A DNA stretch of 64,000 bases from a virus. The position numbers and the translations under genes are program-made. Positions 8,801-18,000 of the stretch are shown here, one piece after another. The DNA is taken from the IMG/VR virus record IMGVR_UViG_3300045988_176686. One strand, 5' to 3'. The notes under the pieces are model-generated. The model worked only from the letters and a program-made list of their open reading frames with translations, was not told the origin of the DNA and did not search any database. The stretch's first letter is position 1. Each line of letters starts with the position of its first letter.

Positions 8801-11307
8801 TCAGTAATTTCACCTTGCACTGGAGCATATTTATTGATAATTTGTCTATCAGTATGACGAGCCGAACGTGCTTGCATGATATAACGCAGCGCATAAAAGA
8901 GTCGTTGGTCTTCAGGAGCCATTTTCTGTTTTGCTTCTGTAGTATATCCGCCCGCCATACTGTTATTATATATGGCGGTACGAGTTGTAGCTTCCTTATC
9001 TCCTCTCTTTATTGAAGCTAAAACGGCAGCTGCGTGTTTAGAGCCAAATCGTTTTGCAAGGGTACCAATAATATAGCTCATACTTTTAGAGCTATTATCC
9101 TCCTCAAAACCCTTCAAAACGCTTGTACCAAAACCAGCTGGAGCGACTTTTTCATATTCACCCAATCTATCAAGAGCCCATCCCGCACGAGGTTTAAGAT
9201 ATTTATTACGATCCTCTTGCATAGATTCCAAGTAAATTTTTGCTTGAATAGCCCTTGATGCTTGTCTATAAGATTCAGCCAAATCCAGTACAGCACCATT
9301 TTCCTTCTTCAGGTTTTTAAAGTATTGTCCGAATTTGTCATTATAGATCTTCATTGCAGCACTATATTCTTTCGACCCTTTCTTGGCATTCCGAATGGCA
9401 TTATAATAAGCATCCAGTTCACCTTGCGCTTGGTTTGCGTTTTTCTTAACACCTTCAAGCGAACTATTGAACCTATCCACTGATTCTGTAGCATCATCTG
9501 TCTTTTTAACAAGGCTATAAACCCACACGCCAAGTTCAGCCACAAGCGAAATTGCAAGACCAATTACATTTGCCTTCATAGCCAAACTTAGTTCTCTCCA
9601 CTGAATCTTCAAAAGGCGAACCGCGGCAGCATTGCCAGTAACAGCCAGTGTAAGTAAATAGAAAAAACCAACTATGCCGCTACCAGATACACCTACCATT
9701 AAAGGTATTAACTTTGAAAAAGCCCACACCAGACCCCTCGTACCCAGATAAAGCACAAGTCCTGGGAGTATAGTAAGAAGAGCTTCAAAAGAGGTTTTTA
9801 TTTCCCAAAGAAGGATTTTTACAGACCCCATAAAAGGCATCGATTGCGTAAGCGTTTTAGAAAAATCGTACCAAGCCTTTGCAATTTCCTTCACCACGTC
9901 TATGCCGTCAGGATTTACAAAAGCCTTACTCCACATATTATTTGCACGTTCAAGCAATGCTTGTGCGGTTTCTTGCTGAATGGCGTATTCCTTTTGTACA
10001 GCAGTGGCATCCTCATAAGCTTCGCTCGATTCTTGCAAATGCGATTTCAGCACATCTACATTCTGTGCCATAGTCACAACCACCTGTTTCAGTCGCTGAC
10101 CATCCGAACCAAACTCCTTGAAATACGCATCCATAGAGTTTAAGTTTTTGTTGCTCACATGTTCGAGTACTGTTACAAGAGCCTGCATGGTCTGCCCCTT
10201 CTCCATCATGCCCTTCAACGAATCCTCTTGCATGCCCAGCATCTTCTCAATGTCATGGTAATTCGTCCACAAACTGCTTATCAATTTACCAAAAGCAGTA
10301 CTTGCCACTTCAGGCATCAACATCAAAGAGTCACTGGCAGAAGCAAGACCAAGGAGCTGGTCGCTCGTGATATGCGACACCTTAGAAAGACCTGTCAAGC
10401 GTTTTGCAAATTCAAGGATGTTGTTACCATTCGCAGTAGAAGTTGAAGCCAATTTGAAGATAGAACTTGATACAGCATCGAAGGCACTACTAATGTTACC
10501 GCCATGCTTCTCTACCTCGCCCATTGTTTCAACAAACTTAGACAAGGTAAGCATAGCATCGTCACCCAAATCCTCCTTCAAAGCTACATTCACGCGGTCG
10601 CTCGCTTGGGCAAATTCAGCCAAACCTTCAGCTCCATATTTACCCATACCCATACGAGAACCCACATACGCCAACTGTGTCAGCCCTTCGAGAGAAGTTC
10701 GGCTATCCACCTTTGCCAACATACGCGACAAGTCGTTCACAGAGTCCATTGATAGGTTACTCACCTTGCGCACATTCGCCAAAGAATCGGAATATTGAAA
10801 ATTCAATTTCAGTACATCAGTTAATTTCGACTTTATCATATTAAACGCACCAAACAACCCCACATAAGCCGTAAGGTTTTTCATAGCGGTACTCCATGCG
10901 CCGCCTTGCTTGTGAACCGAGCCTGAGAGTTTGTCTATTTGGGCTTGAAGGGTTTTTACGTCCTGTTGCTTCTTCTTTAAGTTCGGATCATCTTGAAAGG
11001 TGGTGCCAAGAACCTTTTTCGCAGATGCAAGGGCTGTGCGCAATTTACGAAGCGAAGTGGTGGAAAGATTATCAATAGCATGTTTCACACGCTCTTCGTC
11101 CGTGATATTTTGCGAAATTGCCGAATTATAAGAAACCAGTTCTTTCTTCAGTTTGTTAAACTCTCGCCTTCCTTTTGCGGTCGTCACGTCGAGCGCAGCC
11201 ATTTTTTGTTTAATGGCATCGGTGCGCTGTGCTAACTCGTCCATAACCTTTTTGGCTACGGCAGCATTGGCAGTAATGACAATTTGAGTTTTCTTTGATG
11301 TTGCCAT
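5890..11307 (-). CDS. phage tail tape measure protein (TP901-type N-terminal domain)
   Basis: 1805 aa; N-terminal third fits tape-measure domain pattern (GLAEFAQASDRVNVAL, FAKRLTGLSKVSHITSDQLLGLASA), central hydrophobic helices, long coiled coils, C-terminal VAENGPELVIGRE. Confidence 0.85.
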   Translation of the reverse strand: MATSKKTQIVITANAAVAKKVMDELAQRTDAIKQKMAALDVTTAKGRREFNKLKKELVSYNSAISQNITDEERVKHAIDNLSTTSLRKLRTALASAKKVLGTTFQDDPNLKKKQQDVKTLQAQIDKLSGSVHKQGGAWSTAMKNLTAYVGLFGAFNMIKSKLTDVLKLNFQYSDSLANVRKVSNLSMDSVNDLSRMLAKVDSRTSLEGLTQLAYVGSRMGMGKYGAEGLAEFAQASDRVNVALKEDLGDDAMLTLSKFVETMGEVEKHGGNISSAFDAVSSSIFKLASTSTANGNNILEFAKRLTGLSKVSHITSDQLLGLASASDSLMLMPEVASTAFGKLISSLWTNYHDIEKMLGMQEDSLKGMMEKGQTMQALVTVLEHVSNKNLNSMDAYFKEFGSDGQRLKQVVVTMAQNVDVLKSHLQESSEAYEDATAVQKEYAIQQETAQALLERANNMWSKAFVNPDGIDVVKEIAKAWYDFSKTLTQSMPFMGSVKILLWEIKTSFEALLTILPGLVLYLGTRGLVWAFSKLIPLMVGVSGSGIVGFFYLLTLAVTGNAAAVRLLKIQWRELSLAMKANVIGLAISLVAELGVWVYSLVKKTDDATESVDRFNSSLEGVKKNANQAQGELDAYYNAIRNAKKGSKEYSAAMKIYNDKFGQYFKNLKKENGAVLDLAESYRQASRAIQAKIYLESMQEDRNKYLKPRAGWALDRLGEYEKVAPAGFGTSVLKGFEEDNSSKSMSYIIGTLAKRFGSKHAAAVLASIKRGDKEATTRTAIYNNSMAGGYTTEAKQKMAPEDQRLFYALRYIMQARSARHTDRQIINKYAPVQGEITDYVNSLSDGDETLVPDHKKKHNKKDDKLREQEQSAKARANALVSNIKAFYEEQKRKYLEWVTTMNADGEKVSDGQQQQMLDYIDTRMSTALGKAKQSIAKNSDEWEKFLQEMPIKDMMVKTDETSKDLIEAMKGSNIKELHDLFEKLSGDLSKENHQTLSENLGALLDQIFANGSKELREAAEKLLAQQREIQKILNENDYTGAVNRDTRSNFDKLGFLQPAKGLRADSSSGLQQMSESFDALTTKARASVTELYKLNPASDTFKSDFLEYLSVANEGFDFSALNVQKLKALYYELIKYTESYTEAEKQQYDKAKKIIDFDWSKKARNKEVQDCIKLIEMQQKMYGKQSTFGSNLGLTDIKNDPEIALMKARMQAAEDYYAFVKQNTNNQKLREEAERARYEAELAYVNQVAASMKERLSQMKSFVQPIEDFGAAVGQALATMKDDAKSANEAIKSALKSMLESWSKMALDDVNKQMWQAINNAGVKNANDKAKPDIKAARMASAKAASNGELNIPSDLGTAANPIHAIIDVMPLGNLGLEDKNGNPTGVPYAESEDHKNVKPVSTEHSPSGKTGNAPASPTTAVLPTTTNVASQTGEAAASVATGQYSFGEAAAGMAGSVIGAIMNTDFGSKQSRREKREQRKQQREAKKHQKELTKETKQGVKERETINKKGNKEITKSTEEESKAQVKTEELKQNTTNAIVDTALNTNFQLKKNNDQQVVEQSKNTAQAENTFSIVGAVGKCFEFLGPIAGPIAAAAVMALLTGLMQWGLNAAFGGGKNKSNNSSSKNTKLVSGMLTYDSGNVQDMKPFVGDNGEIYWAKEQYKPKSGVNLLTTPTATTINGQRALVAENGPELVIGRETTKAMMMNNPSLLKALVNYDANYSGRNAARRAFDEGNLAEALGNLSSGASATDGLIADSRAANTALITAINTLMQRLDQPIHAKIDMYGRGNLYDSMSKANQFMKGKS

Positions 11308-11326
11308 ATTTGTTTAGTTTTTATGC

Positions 11327-11854
11327 TTAAAAAAGTTTGATAGGACTCGCCTCTTCAAAGGTGTTAATCATACGAACGGCACCCTCCATTCCGTAAAAGT
11401 CTGAAAGATATTTACCTATGCGGTCTGTAAGGTGGCGCAACTCCATCATGATAGCGGGACGTTGCGACTTACCCGCCTTACGATCCCATTTCGAGATGTA
11501 GCGAGTTCGGTAGTTAGCCTTCCTTGAATTATCCACATCCTCATACTTCGTTCCCATACCCACACCCATTTCGGCAAATCGCATGTAGTCGTTAAATGTA
11601 AAAGCCATGGTCACTTTTCCAGCTTGTCCTGCTTCAATAATCTTTCCGGCAAACGAATGTGCGCCCTCTCCAGTAGAGTGCCACATGCCCATTTCCTTGC
11701 GCTTTTGGTTCACCACTGCATAGCCATTATACACCTCTTTGGGGTAAATACATTGCGTCATGGTATTCACCTCTAACTGCGTAATGGTTTGTTGAAAGTA
11801 GCGAGCTGCCACTCGCGGAAATGGAAATATCGGATTTGTAATAGGCTTTCCCAT
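11327..11854 (-). CDS. hypothetical protein
   Basis: 175 aa, 19 nt upstream of tape-measure start; no motif recognised. Confidence 0.6.
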   Translation of the reverse strand: MGKPITNPIFPFPRVAARYFQQTITQLEVNTMTQCIYPKEVYNGYAVVNQKRKEMGMWHSTGEGAHSFAGKIIEAGQAGKVTMAFTFNDYMRFAEMGVGMGTKYEDVDNSRKANYRTRYISKWDRKAGKSQRPAIMMELRHLTDRIGKYLSDFYGMEGAVRMINTFEEASPIKLF

Positions 11855-11860
11855 ACGGCT

Positions 11861-12442
11861 TTATTTATTATCGGGTTGCATGATGTACTTATCGTTTCCA
11901 CCGCAGCCAAATTTATAAAGCGGTTGCAGGCTTTTCCAATCTACACCTGCCACAAGCCATTGCCCAGCATAAAGGTCGCCAATCAGTCCACACGATATGG
12001 TGCTCACATCAATGCTTTGCAATTCGGCTTGAATTACGGGATCGTCAGCAAACGAGCGTCCTGTGACGGGACATTTGCCTGTGCGCTTCACTTGCACTAT
12101 CCACGCCACAAGGTCTTTGCAGTATTCCATCAAGTCCTCAGCGGCTTGTTCAATTTTGTGTCCGTCGTATCTGCCCAAAGTTTGTGGTGTGTCCTTCACC
12201 TTAGCTAAGAACCACACTTGATGCGACACCTCCATTTTGTTAGCGTCGCGAAATTCACCCGTGTTGATTACGCTTTGTAGCATACAAGGCGAATGCACCA
12301 CATTGGCGTTGCGACTAAAAATGTTTTCGAGGTCGATGTAGCGAATCCTAAAAAACGCTTGTTCCTCCAGTTTGCCTTCGGGTTTATGTGAGAGGGGTTT
12401 GTAAATGGTTGCCCAATGTTCAAGAATGTTGCTGATGGTCAT
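11861..12442 (-). CDS. hypothetical protein
   Basis: 193 aa; start overlaps stop of upstream holin-like gene. Confidence 0.6.
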   Translation of the reverse strand: MTISNILEHWATIYKPLSHKPEGKLEEQAFFRIRYIDLENIFSRNANVVHSPCMLQSVINTGEFRDANKMEVSHQVWFLAKVKDTPQTLGRYDGHKIEQAAEDLMEYCKDLVAWIVQVKRTGKCPVTGRSFADDPVIQAELQSIDVSTISCGLIGDLYAGQWLVAGVDWKSLQPLYKFGCGGNDKYIMQPDNK

Positions 12443-13044
12443 TATTTATCCTCCTGTGGTTTAGGGTTGGTTTCTGTTTCGGTTTCTGTTTCGGGGTCGG
12501 GGTTCGGGGTGTTTTCGGTAGATGCGTCTGCGTCGCTTTTTTCCATGTTCTCTACATCTGCCATAAGTTCTTTAAGTTTGATATTGAAGTGGCGTTCGGT
12601 TTTGTCTGCCACAATCTTCTGCACCACCCTTGCCCATGCTGCACCATTGCAAGTACTTTCGTTTTCGAGAATGCTCACGAATTGCACCGAACAGTAAATT
12701 ACGGCTAAATAGTTAGCAAGGTGCAACTCGCCCATGTGCGCCAAAAGGTCGTTGTCGATAATCACGGCTAAGAAAATAGCCATGATAAGCACGGAAAAGT
12801 CTTGCACCATTTTAGCCATTTTCTTAGAGCGAAGTTTACCGTCCATTTTGCACTTAGGGTTGCGCTTTATAGCTTCTCGGTAACGCGAATAGATGCGACG
12901 GTTGCACCGCCACGCGGTGTAACAATCCAGAACGAGCGCGAAGAAACACACCGAGATGTAGTTTAACGACGGCTCAATGTAGCACCAAAGAATACCGATG
13001 AGTCCGGCTACGATGCGTGTGATGATTGGGGCTGCTGCTTGCAT
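12442..13044 (-). CDS. holin-like membrane protein (Phage_holin_4_1-like)
   Basis: 200 aa; 3-4 hydrophobic helices, LDCYTAW and FVSILEN motifs typical of LL-H-type holins, acidic TETETETE tail. Confidence 0.55.
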   Translation of the reverse strand: MQAAAPIITRIVAGLIGILWCYIEPSLNYISVCFFALVLDCYTAWRCNRRIYSRYREAIKRNPKCKMDGKLRSKKMAKMVQDFSVLIMAIFLAVIIDNDLLAHMGELHLANYLAVIYCSVQFVSILENESTCNGAAWARVVQKIVADKTERHFNIKLKELMADVENMEKSDADASTENTPNPDPETETETETNPKPQEDK

Positions 13045-13139
13045 AGTTGTTTGTGTTTAGTTGTTTGTGTTGTTTAGTTAGTTGTATGTAAGTCTTATTT
13101 TGAGTATGACTTTTTACTGTTCACTATTGTTTTTATGTT

Positions 13140-13147
13140 CAAAGGTA
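13140..13147 (-). promoter_or_regulatory. candidate -7 box (TACCTTTG on minus strand)
   Basis: TAnnTTTG match 96 nt upstream of ATG 13044 in divergent intergenic region. Confidence 0.3.
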
Positions 13148-13251
13148 AGCTTAGCTTTTTGCAGAATAAGGACATTGTTGGGAATGGGAATGAGAGAGAC
13201 AAGCAAACGTTCAAATGTCAGCATTGTCCGTAGGGATTAAAAATCAATATT

Positions 13252-13259
13252 TACCTTTG
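13252..13259 (+). promoter_or_regulatory. candidate -7 box TACCTTTG
   Basis: TAnnTTTG match 32 nt upstream of ATG 13291, head of plus-strand packaging/methylase block. Confidence 0.35.
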
Positions 13260-13290
13260 CATCAAACAAAAGAATAACACCCAAACCATT

Positions 13291-14130
13291 ATGAGCCAAA
13301 TTACCAAGGGCACACTTGCCCGAATTGACAAATGGTTGTCGTGTGGCACGAGCATTGAAATGGCTTTTCCAAAGTTGGAGCAGCGTTACCGCATGCAGGT
13401 GTGTGGCGAGTTCTACAAGCGTTGGCAACAGAACAACGACATTGACCCTCGCACCACCTGTCGCAACATTGCCCGACGCGATTATGAGCTATTCTTCAAT
13501 CAAGCGGCACAAGGCAACCAAGATGCGCAAGCTATGGTGCTTGCCTTGCACATTACGATCGACGATGAAGGCAACATACGTCCGCGCACCGTGACGGAGA
13601 TTAACAACGACGTTACGGTGTGCAACCATCTCATTCGTTTTTTTATGACAGACGAAAGTCCGCGCCACAAGGCGATGTATCTGAGCAGTGCCGAATGGCT
13701 GATACGCACAGGCAAACAGCAAAACAACGATCGTGCAGTAGATAAGGGTATGCAAGCCTTAGCGAATGTGTATGGCAACTTCCAGGAAGAGAAGGACGCT
13801 ACCGACGAGATGCCCGACATGAGCCGCATTTCTATCACGCAGGATGTGAGCATTGTGAAGCGCGACCGCGTGAACTACACTGATGAGTACAAAGCGAAGA
13901 TGGCACGCAAGTATGGACTTACGGCTAAGGATATGCAAGACATTGAAGAGGATGCTTTGCTTGCCACGAAGCCCGAACGCGAGAACGAGGAAGAGCCAGA
14001 CTACTTTGCGTATATGGAGGAACAAACCGAACAAGAAGATGCGCAGCACCCTCACTCCGCTGCTGCCGAGGCAGAAATGCCCATGCCTAACACCAATACC
14101 GGCCATGAAGCGAAACAGCAAGGGGAATAA
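13291..14130 (+). CDS. hypothetical protein (position compatible with small terminase; unproven)
   Basis: 279 aa, first gene of block that ends in terL; acidic C-terminus; no motif recognised. Confidence 0.55.
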   Translation: MSQITKGTLARIDKWLSCGTSIEMAFPKLEQRYRMQVCGEFYKRWQQNNDIDPRTTCRNIARRDYELFFNQAAQGNQDAQAMVLALHITIDDEGNIRPRTVTEINNDVTVCNHLIRFFMTDESPRHKAMYLSSAEWLIRTGKQQNNDRAVDKGMQALANVYGNFQEEKDATDEMPDMSRISITQDVSIVKRDRVNYTDEYKAKMARKYGLTAKDMQDIEEDALLATKPERENEEEPDYFAYMEEQTEQEDAQHPHSAAAEAEMPMPNTNTGHEAKQQGE

Positions 14131-14344
14131 CCATTATCACAACAAGCGCCCGCCTTTTCGTCCCGACCCCGAACATTGGACGCGCAAGAGTTCGCACGGA
14201 TGGAAGGCTAAGGTGAGTTACAACACCGAGGACGATGCCTACGAATGGTTGAACCAACAACCGCGCCTTCTAAACGAAGGTTACAAGGCTTACTTATGCA
14301 AAGTGTGCAATAAGTGGCACATTGGGCATAAGCGTGAGGAATAA
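14105..14344 (+). CDS. small zinc-ribbon-like protein
   Basis: 79 aa from ATG 14105 overlapping end of upstream ORF; C-terminal YLCKVCNKWHIGH (CxxC...HxxH). Confidence 0.4.
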   Translation: MKRNSKGNNHYHNKRPPFRPDPEHWTRKSSHGWKAKVSYNTEDDAYEWLNQQPRLLNEGYKAYLCKVCNKWHIGHKREE

Positions 14345-14402
14345 GTTTTGGGGAATACAATACTAACTACACACTAACCCACACAAACAAAAAGAAACGA
14401 AT

Positions 14403-15439
14403 ATGAAATACGGATTACCGTACAAAGGGAGTAAGAACAAACTGGCTGAGCGCATTGTGCGCCTATTGCCCCGACGCACCAACCTTGTAGACTTGTTTTG
14501 CGGGGGTTGCGCTATTAGCCATGCCGCCTTGCTTATGGGTAAGTTTGAGCACATTTACATTAACGACATCAACTGGATGTGCCCCACCCTATTTATGGAT
14601 GCCTTGCAGGGCAAATATGCCAACGACACGCGGTGGATTAGCCGTGAGGATTTTTTCCGACTACGCGACACCGACCCTTACGTGGCTATGGTGTGGTCGT
14701 TTGGCAACAATATGCGCGACTACCTTTATTCCAAAGAAATTGAACCGCTGAAAAAAGCCATTCACTATGCGCTGTTCTTTTCAGATTATTCGCTGGCAAA
14801 AGCACTGGGGCACGACCTTTCGTTTGTTGACGCCATTAAGGATGTGCAACAACGTTATCGTTCCGTAAGACAGTATTTCAGTCAGTTGGGCACTTCCAAC
14901 AACAATCTTTTGAGGGGGGGGGAATATCCGCGCGATTGGAAACGATGGAGCGACAGCAAACACGCTCCGTCTTTCAAAAAAAAAAAATCCAAAAACGACC
15001 TTGGGAGGCAGAACACAGAGATCGCACAAACAGCCTTACACATATTGCAATACCAAGAGCGGTCACACAACCTGCCCAGAAATACATGTGTGGAAAAAAG
15101 TTACCCATCACGCCATCTGTGCTTAGCTACGAGCAAGTGGTTATACCGCCAGATAGCGTAATCTATTGCGACATTCCTTATGAAAGCACAAACAAATACA
15201 ACAAAGCAGAAAATTTCGACTACGAACGTTTTTACACATGGACAGAAAGTCAGACTCCGCCCGTGTTCATCTCCTCCTACCAAATGCCCACCGACCGATT
15301 CGACTGCATTGCAGAATATTCGCACCGTTCTACGCTTAACGACAAAAAGAATAATGCCGTAACCGAGCGCATCTTTGTGCCAAAGCACCAAACTGAGCGT
15401 GGCAACATTTGCCAACAACTCACATTTCCATTGTTTTAA
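14403..15439 (+). pseudogene. Dam-like (D12-class) N6-adenine DNA methyltransferase, reading frame split
   Basis: ORF 14403-15161 carries PYKGSKNKL and LVDLFCGGCAIS (motif I); ORF 14936-15439 in -1 frame carries IYCDIPY (DPPY-type motif IV); G9 at 14914-14922 and A12 at 14976-14987 lie in the overlap. Confidence 0.7.
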
Positions 15440-15466
15440 CACGAACAAACAACCACACAAACAAAT

Positions 15467-15748
15467 ATGATTATCATTAAAATCAAAACGTGGAAGGACT
15501 ATAAAAAGGACTTCATAAATTGGGTGCAAGCACCGCGACGCAAAACTTGTAAGGAATTTGTGAATTACATGGGAAGCGTTTCGCAAAAAGTAGTAGACAA
15601 GCGTCTTGCTGAAGAACTCGACAAAATAGAAGGGTTGAACGCAGCGCAAAAAGACAACATCATTCGCACCGCACAACAAGCCATTGTGGATTGCCAAAAA
15701 GGTACTTGCCAGTTGATTAACGAATGTGTACCCCAAAAACTTTTATAA
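15467..15748 (+). CDS. hypothetical protein
   Basis: 93 aa ORF with ATG after A/C-rich leader. Confidence 0.5.
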   Translation: MIIIKIKTWKDYKKDFINWVQAPRRKTCKEFVNYMGSVSQKVVDKRLAEELDKIEGLNAAQKDNIIRTAQQAIVDCQKGTCQLINECVPQKLL

Positions 15749-15764
15749 CACGAACACCCACCAC

Positions 15765-16019
15765 ATGAAAAAGATAAACTATTCCTCGCAATCACTGCGC
15801 CACATCATTAGCAGTGCAATGGTAATCTTTATTCTGTTAATCATTGCAGCTTGCTTTTTAGTGACTGTTTCGGTAATGAGAGCCATTTCCTTTGCGCTAT
15901 TCATAATCAGCGCAATCACTGGGCTCTACTTAGTAGTTTTTATAACAGTCGATACGTTCTTGGATAAATTAAAGCATGAGCACGACAAGAAACAAAAACA
16001 CCACACCACATGGAAATAA
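15765..16019 (+). CDS. small membrane protein (2 TM)
   Basis: 84 aa from ATG 15765 (MKKINY...) after TAACACGAACACCCACCAC leader; two long hydrophobic helices. Confidence 0.5.
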   Translation: MKKINYSSQSLRHIISSAMVIFILLIIAACFLVTVSVMRAISFALFIISAITGLYLVVFITVDTFLDKLKHEHDKKQKHHTTWK

Positions 16020-16240
16020 CCGGCAAGTTTCTTCTTCGTTGCATGCGTCACACCTCTATATGGGCATTGGACACTTTCATCATGGACGCTGCCTATCATC
16101 TTCAACACCTCCTTCCACCCATACCGTGCATATTGATAATGGCGGTGGGGATATATATCTTCGTATTCTACATGGTGCGCCTCGCAGGGTTTCTTGCATG
16201 TATTCTTTGCGGCGATGAATTGTTTAAGGACGAAAACTGA
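16010..16240 (+). CDS. small membrane protein
   Basis: 76 aa, ATG overlaps end of previous gene; hydrophobic. Confidence 0.4.
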   Translation: MEITGKFLLRCMRHTSIWALDTFIMDAAYHLQHLLPPIPCILIMAVGIYIFVFYMVRLAGFLACILCGDELFKDEN

Positions 16241-16280
16241 TTAACTAAACACCCCATGCAACAACGACCTCACCAAATTT
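16239..16280 (+). repeat. 42-bp direct repeat, copy A (contains decapitated terL start MQQRPHQI)
   Basis: 41/42 identical to 18001-18042: GATTAACTAAACACCCCATGCAACAAC[G/A]ACCTCACCAAATTT. Confidence 0.9.
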
Positions 16281-16305
16281 TGAAGAATTATAAAACAACA
16301 ACACC

Positions 16306-16602
16306 ATGTACATATCAATTTTAGATTACAGCCGAGGAACGGTTTCCATTATATACGACACTGAAAACGTGACCGAGAACATGCAGAACGAGGACGTTTA
16401 TACGCTACTCGACACATTAGGTTTTCATAAATCGAATATCTATTTTATGATTTCTAAGGAGAACCCTTACGAACCAGTGGGAGAATACATCACCTTGCAA
16501 AAACTTTGTGAGGATATAAATGAAGACAGAATAGAGGAATTGTCACATAACCTTAATCTCTCTACTGAAGACTTGACAAGAAAGGAGGTTCACCATGGCT
16601 AA
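16306..16602 (+). CDS. hypothetical protein
   Basis: 98 aa ORF; stop overlaps start of next methylase gene. Confidence 0.5.
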   Translation: MYISILDYSRGTVSIIYDTENVTENMQNEDVYTLLDTLGFHKSNIYFMISKENPYEPVGEYITLQKLCEDINEDRIEELSHNLNLSTEDLTRKEVHHG

Positions 16603-17188
16603 GGACTGGGTTGGCGGCTCGGCTGCTGTGTTTAAGACATTAGGCGCAAGTAACCATACGGCTGCGGATAGGCAAAGTGAGGATTACTATGCCACCGAAC
16701 CAAAAGCTACAGAATGGCTGTGCAAACTGGAGCAGTTTGAGGGCAGGATATTGGAACCTTCGTGTGGTGAGGGTCACATGAGTAGGGTGTTAGAGGCAGC
16801 AGGGTATGACGTGGTGAGCCGCGACCTTGTGGATAGGGGTTACGGCAAAGTGGCAGACTTTCTTGCAATAGACAATTTGAAGTGGGATGGAAACATCGTG
16901 ACCAATCCTCCATACAAATTCGCGCAGCAGTTTGTTGAAAAGGCTCTGAGCATCATTCCCGAAGGAAAGAAAGTGGCGATGTTTTTGAAACTGACTTTTC
17001 TCGAAGGCAAGGCACGACGCACTCTCTTCCGTTCTACCCCACCCATTCGTGTATGGGTAAGTTCTTCACGACTGAAATGTGCTATGAATGGCGACTTCGA
17101 TGCTTTCGGCAGCAGCGCAGCGGCTTACGCTTGGTTTGTGTGGGAGAAAGGCTATAAAGGTGAGACAACTGTAAAATGGTTTAACTGA
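16595..17188 (+). CDS. N6-adenine DNA methyltransferase (NPPY type)
   Basis: 197 aa; motif I ILEPSCGEG, motif IV IVTNPPY. Confidence 0.8.
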   Translation: MAKDWVGGSAAVFKTLGASNHTAADRQSEDYYATEPKATEWLCKLEQFEGRILEPSCGEGHMSRVLEAAGYDVVSRDLVDRGYGKVADFLAIDNLKWDGNIVTNPPYKFAQQFVEKALSIIPEGKKVAMFLKLTFLEGKARRTLFRSTPPIRVWVSSSRLKCAMNGDFDAFGSSAAAYAWFVWEKGYKGETTVKWFN

Positions 17189-17209
17189 TAGATTTACAAA
17201 AAACAAAGC

Positions 17210-17980
17210 ATGATAGAACTGAATAAGATATATAATGAAGACTGCCTTGAAGGAATGAAAAGAATACCGGACGGGAGTGTGGATTGCATTGTGTGCGATT
17301 TGCCGTATGAAGTTCTGAACAAAGGCAATAAAAAAGCACGATGGGATAACATGATCCCGATGGAGCCTCTATTCAAGGAATACTGGCGAATAGCGAAAAT
17401 TAACGCTCCTATTATTCTCTTCTGCCAAGGAATGTTTACGGCACAGCTAATGATGGCATCACCTGACACATGGCGATATAATCTAATTTGGCAAAAAGAC
17501 AGACCAACGGGCTTTCTCAATGCGAAGCGAATGCCGATGCGGAGCCATGAGGATATTGCTGTGTTCTATCGTGCGCTACCTACATACAACCCGCAAATGA
17601 GACAAGGTTCCCCCTCTCACTCGCGAGGACATAAATGCGGAAAAGCAAATGGTAATGTCTGTTATGGCAACTATAATATTGAGACCTACTCTAAAGAAGT
17701 AACAACAGAGAAATATCCTATATCTGTATTGTTCTTCGACAAAGAAAAGAATCTTGATATGCACCCCACTCAAAAGCCCGTAGATCTTATTCAGTACCTC
17801 ATTCGCACCTACTCCAACGAGGGCGACACCATATTAGACAACTGTATGGGCAGTGGCACCACTGCCATTGCTTGTATAAAAGAGAAGCGCAACTTCATCG
17901 GTTTTGAACTCAACAAGGAGTATTACGACAAGGCTTGCAAGCGTATCAAACAGGAGCGGGCGCAACTTACCCTCTTCTGA
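17210..17980 (+). CDS. beta-class N4/N6 DNA methyltransferase (N6_N4_Mtase type)
   Basis: 256 aa; CDLPY (D/SPPY-type) near N-terminus, HPTQKP, DNCMGSGTT (motif I) near C-terminus. Confidence 0.85.
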   Translation: MIELNKIYNEDCLEGMKRIPDGSVDCIVCDLPYEVLNKGNKKARWDNMIPMEPLFKEYWRIAKINAPIILFCQGMFTAQLMMASPDTWRYNLIWQKDRPTGFLNAKRMPMRSHEDIAVFYRALPTYNPQMRQGSPSHSRGHKCGKANGNVCYGNYNIETYSKEVTTEKYPISVLFFDKEKNLDMHPTQKPVDLIQYLIRTYSNEGDTILDNCMGSGTTAIACIKEKRNFIGFELNKEYYDKACKRIKQERAQLTLF

Positions 17981-18000
17981 TAACACACAAAAAAACAAAC

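Noticed and set aside
6164-11235. Many 60-150-aa plus-strand ORFs inside the tape-measure gene (for example 6671-7132 and 10367-10798)
   Set aside because: They are antisense shadow ORFs within a 5.4-kb gene that has clear tape-measure features. They have low-complexity translations and no independent signals.
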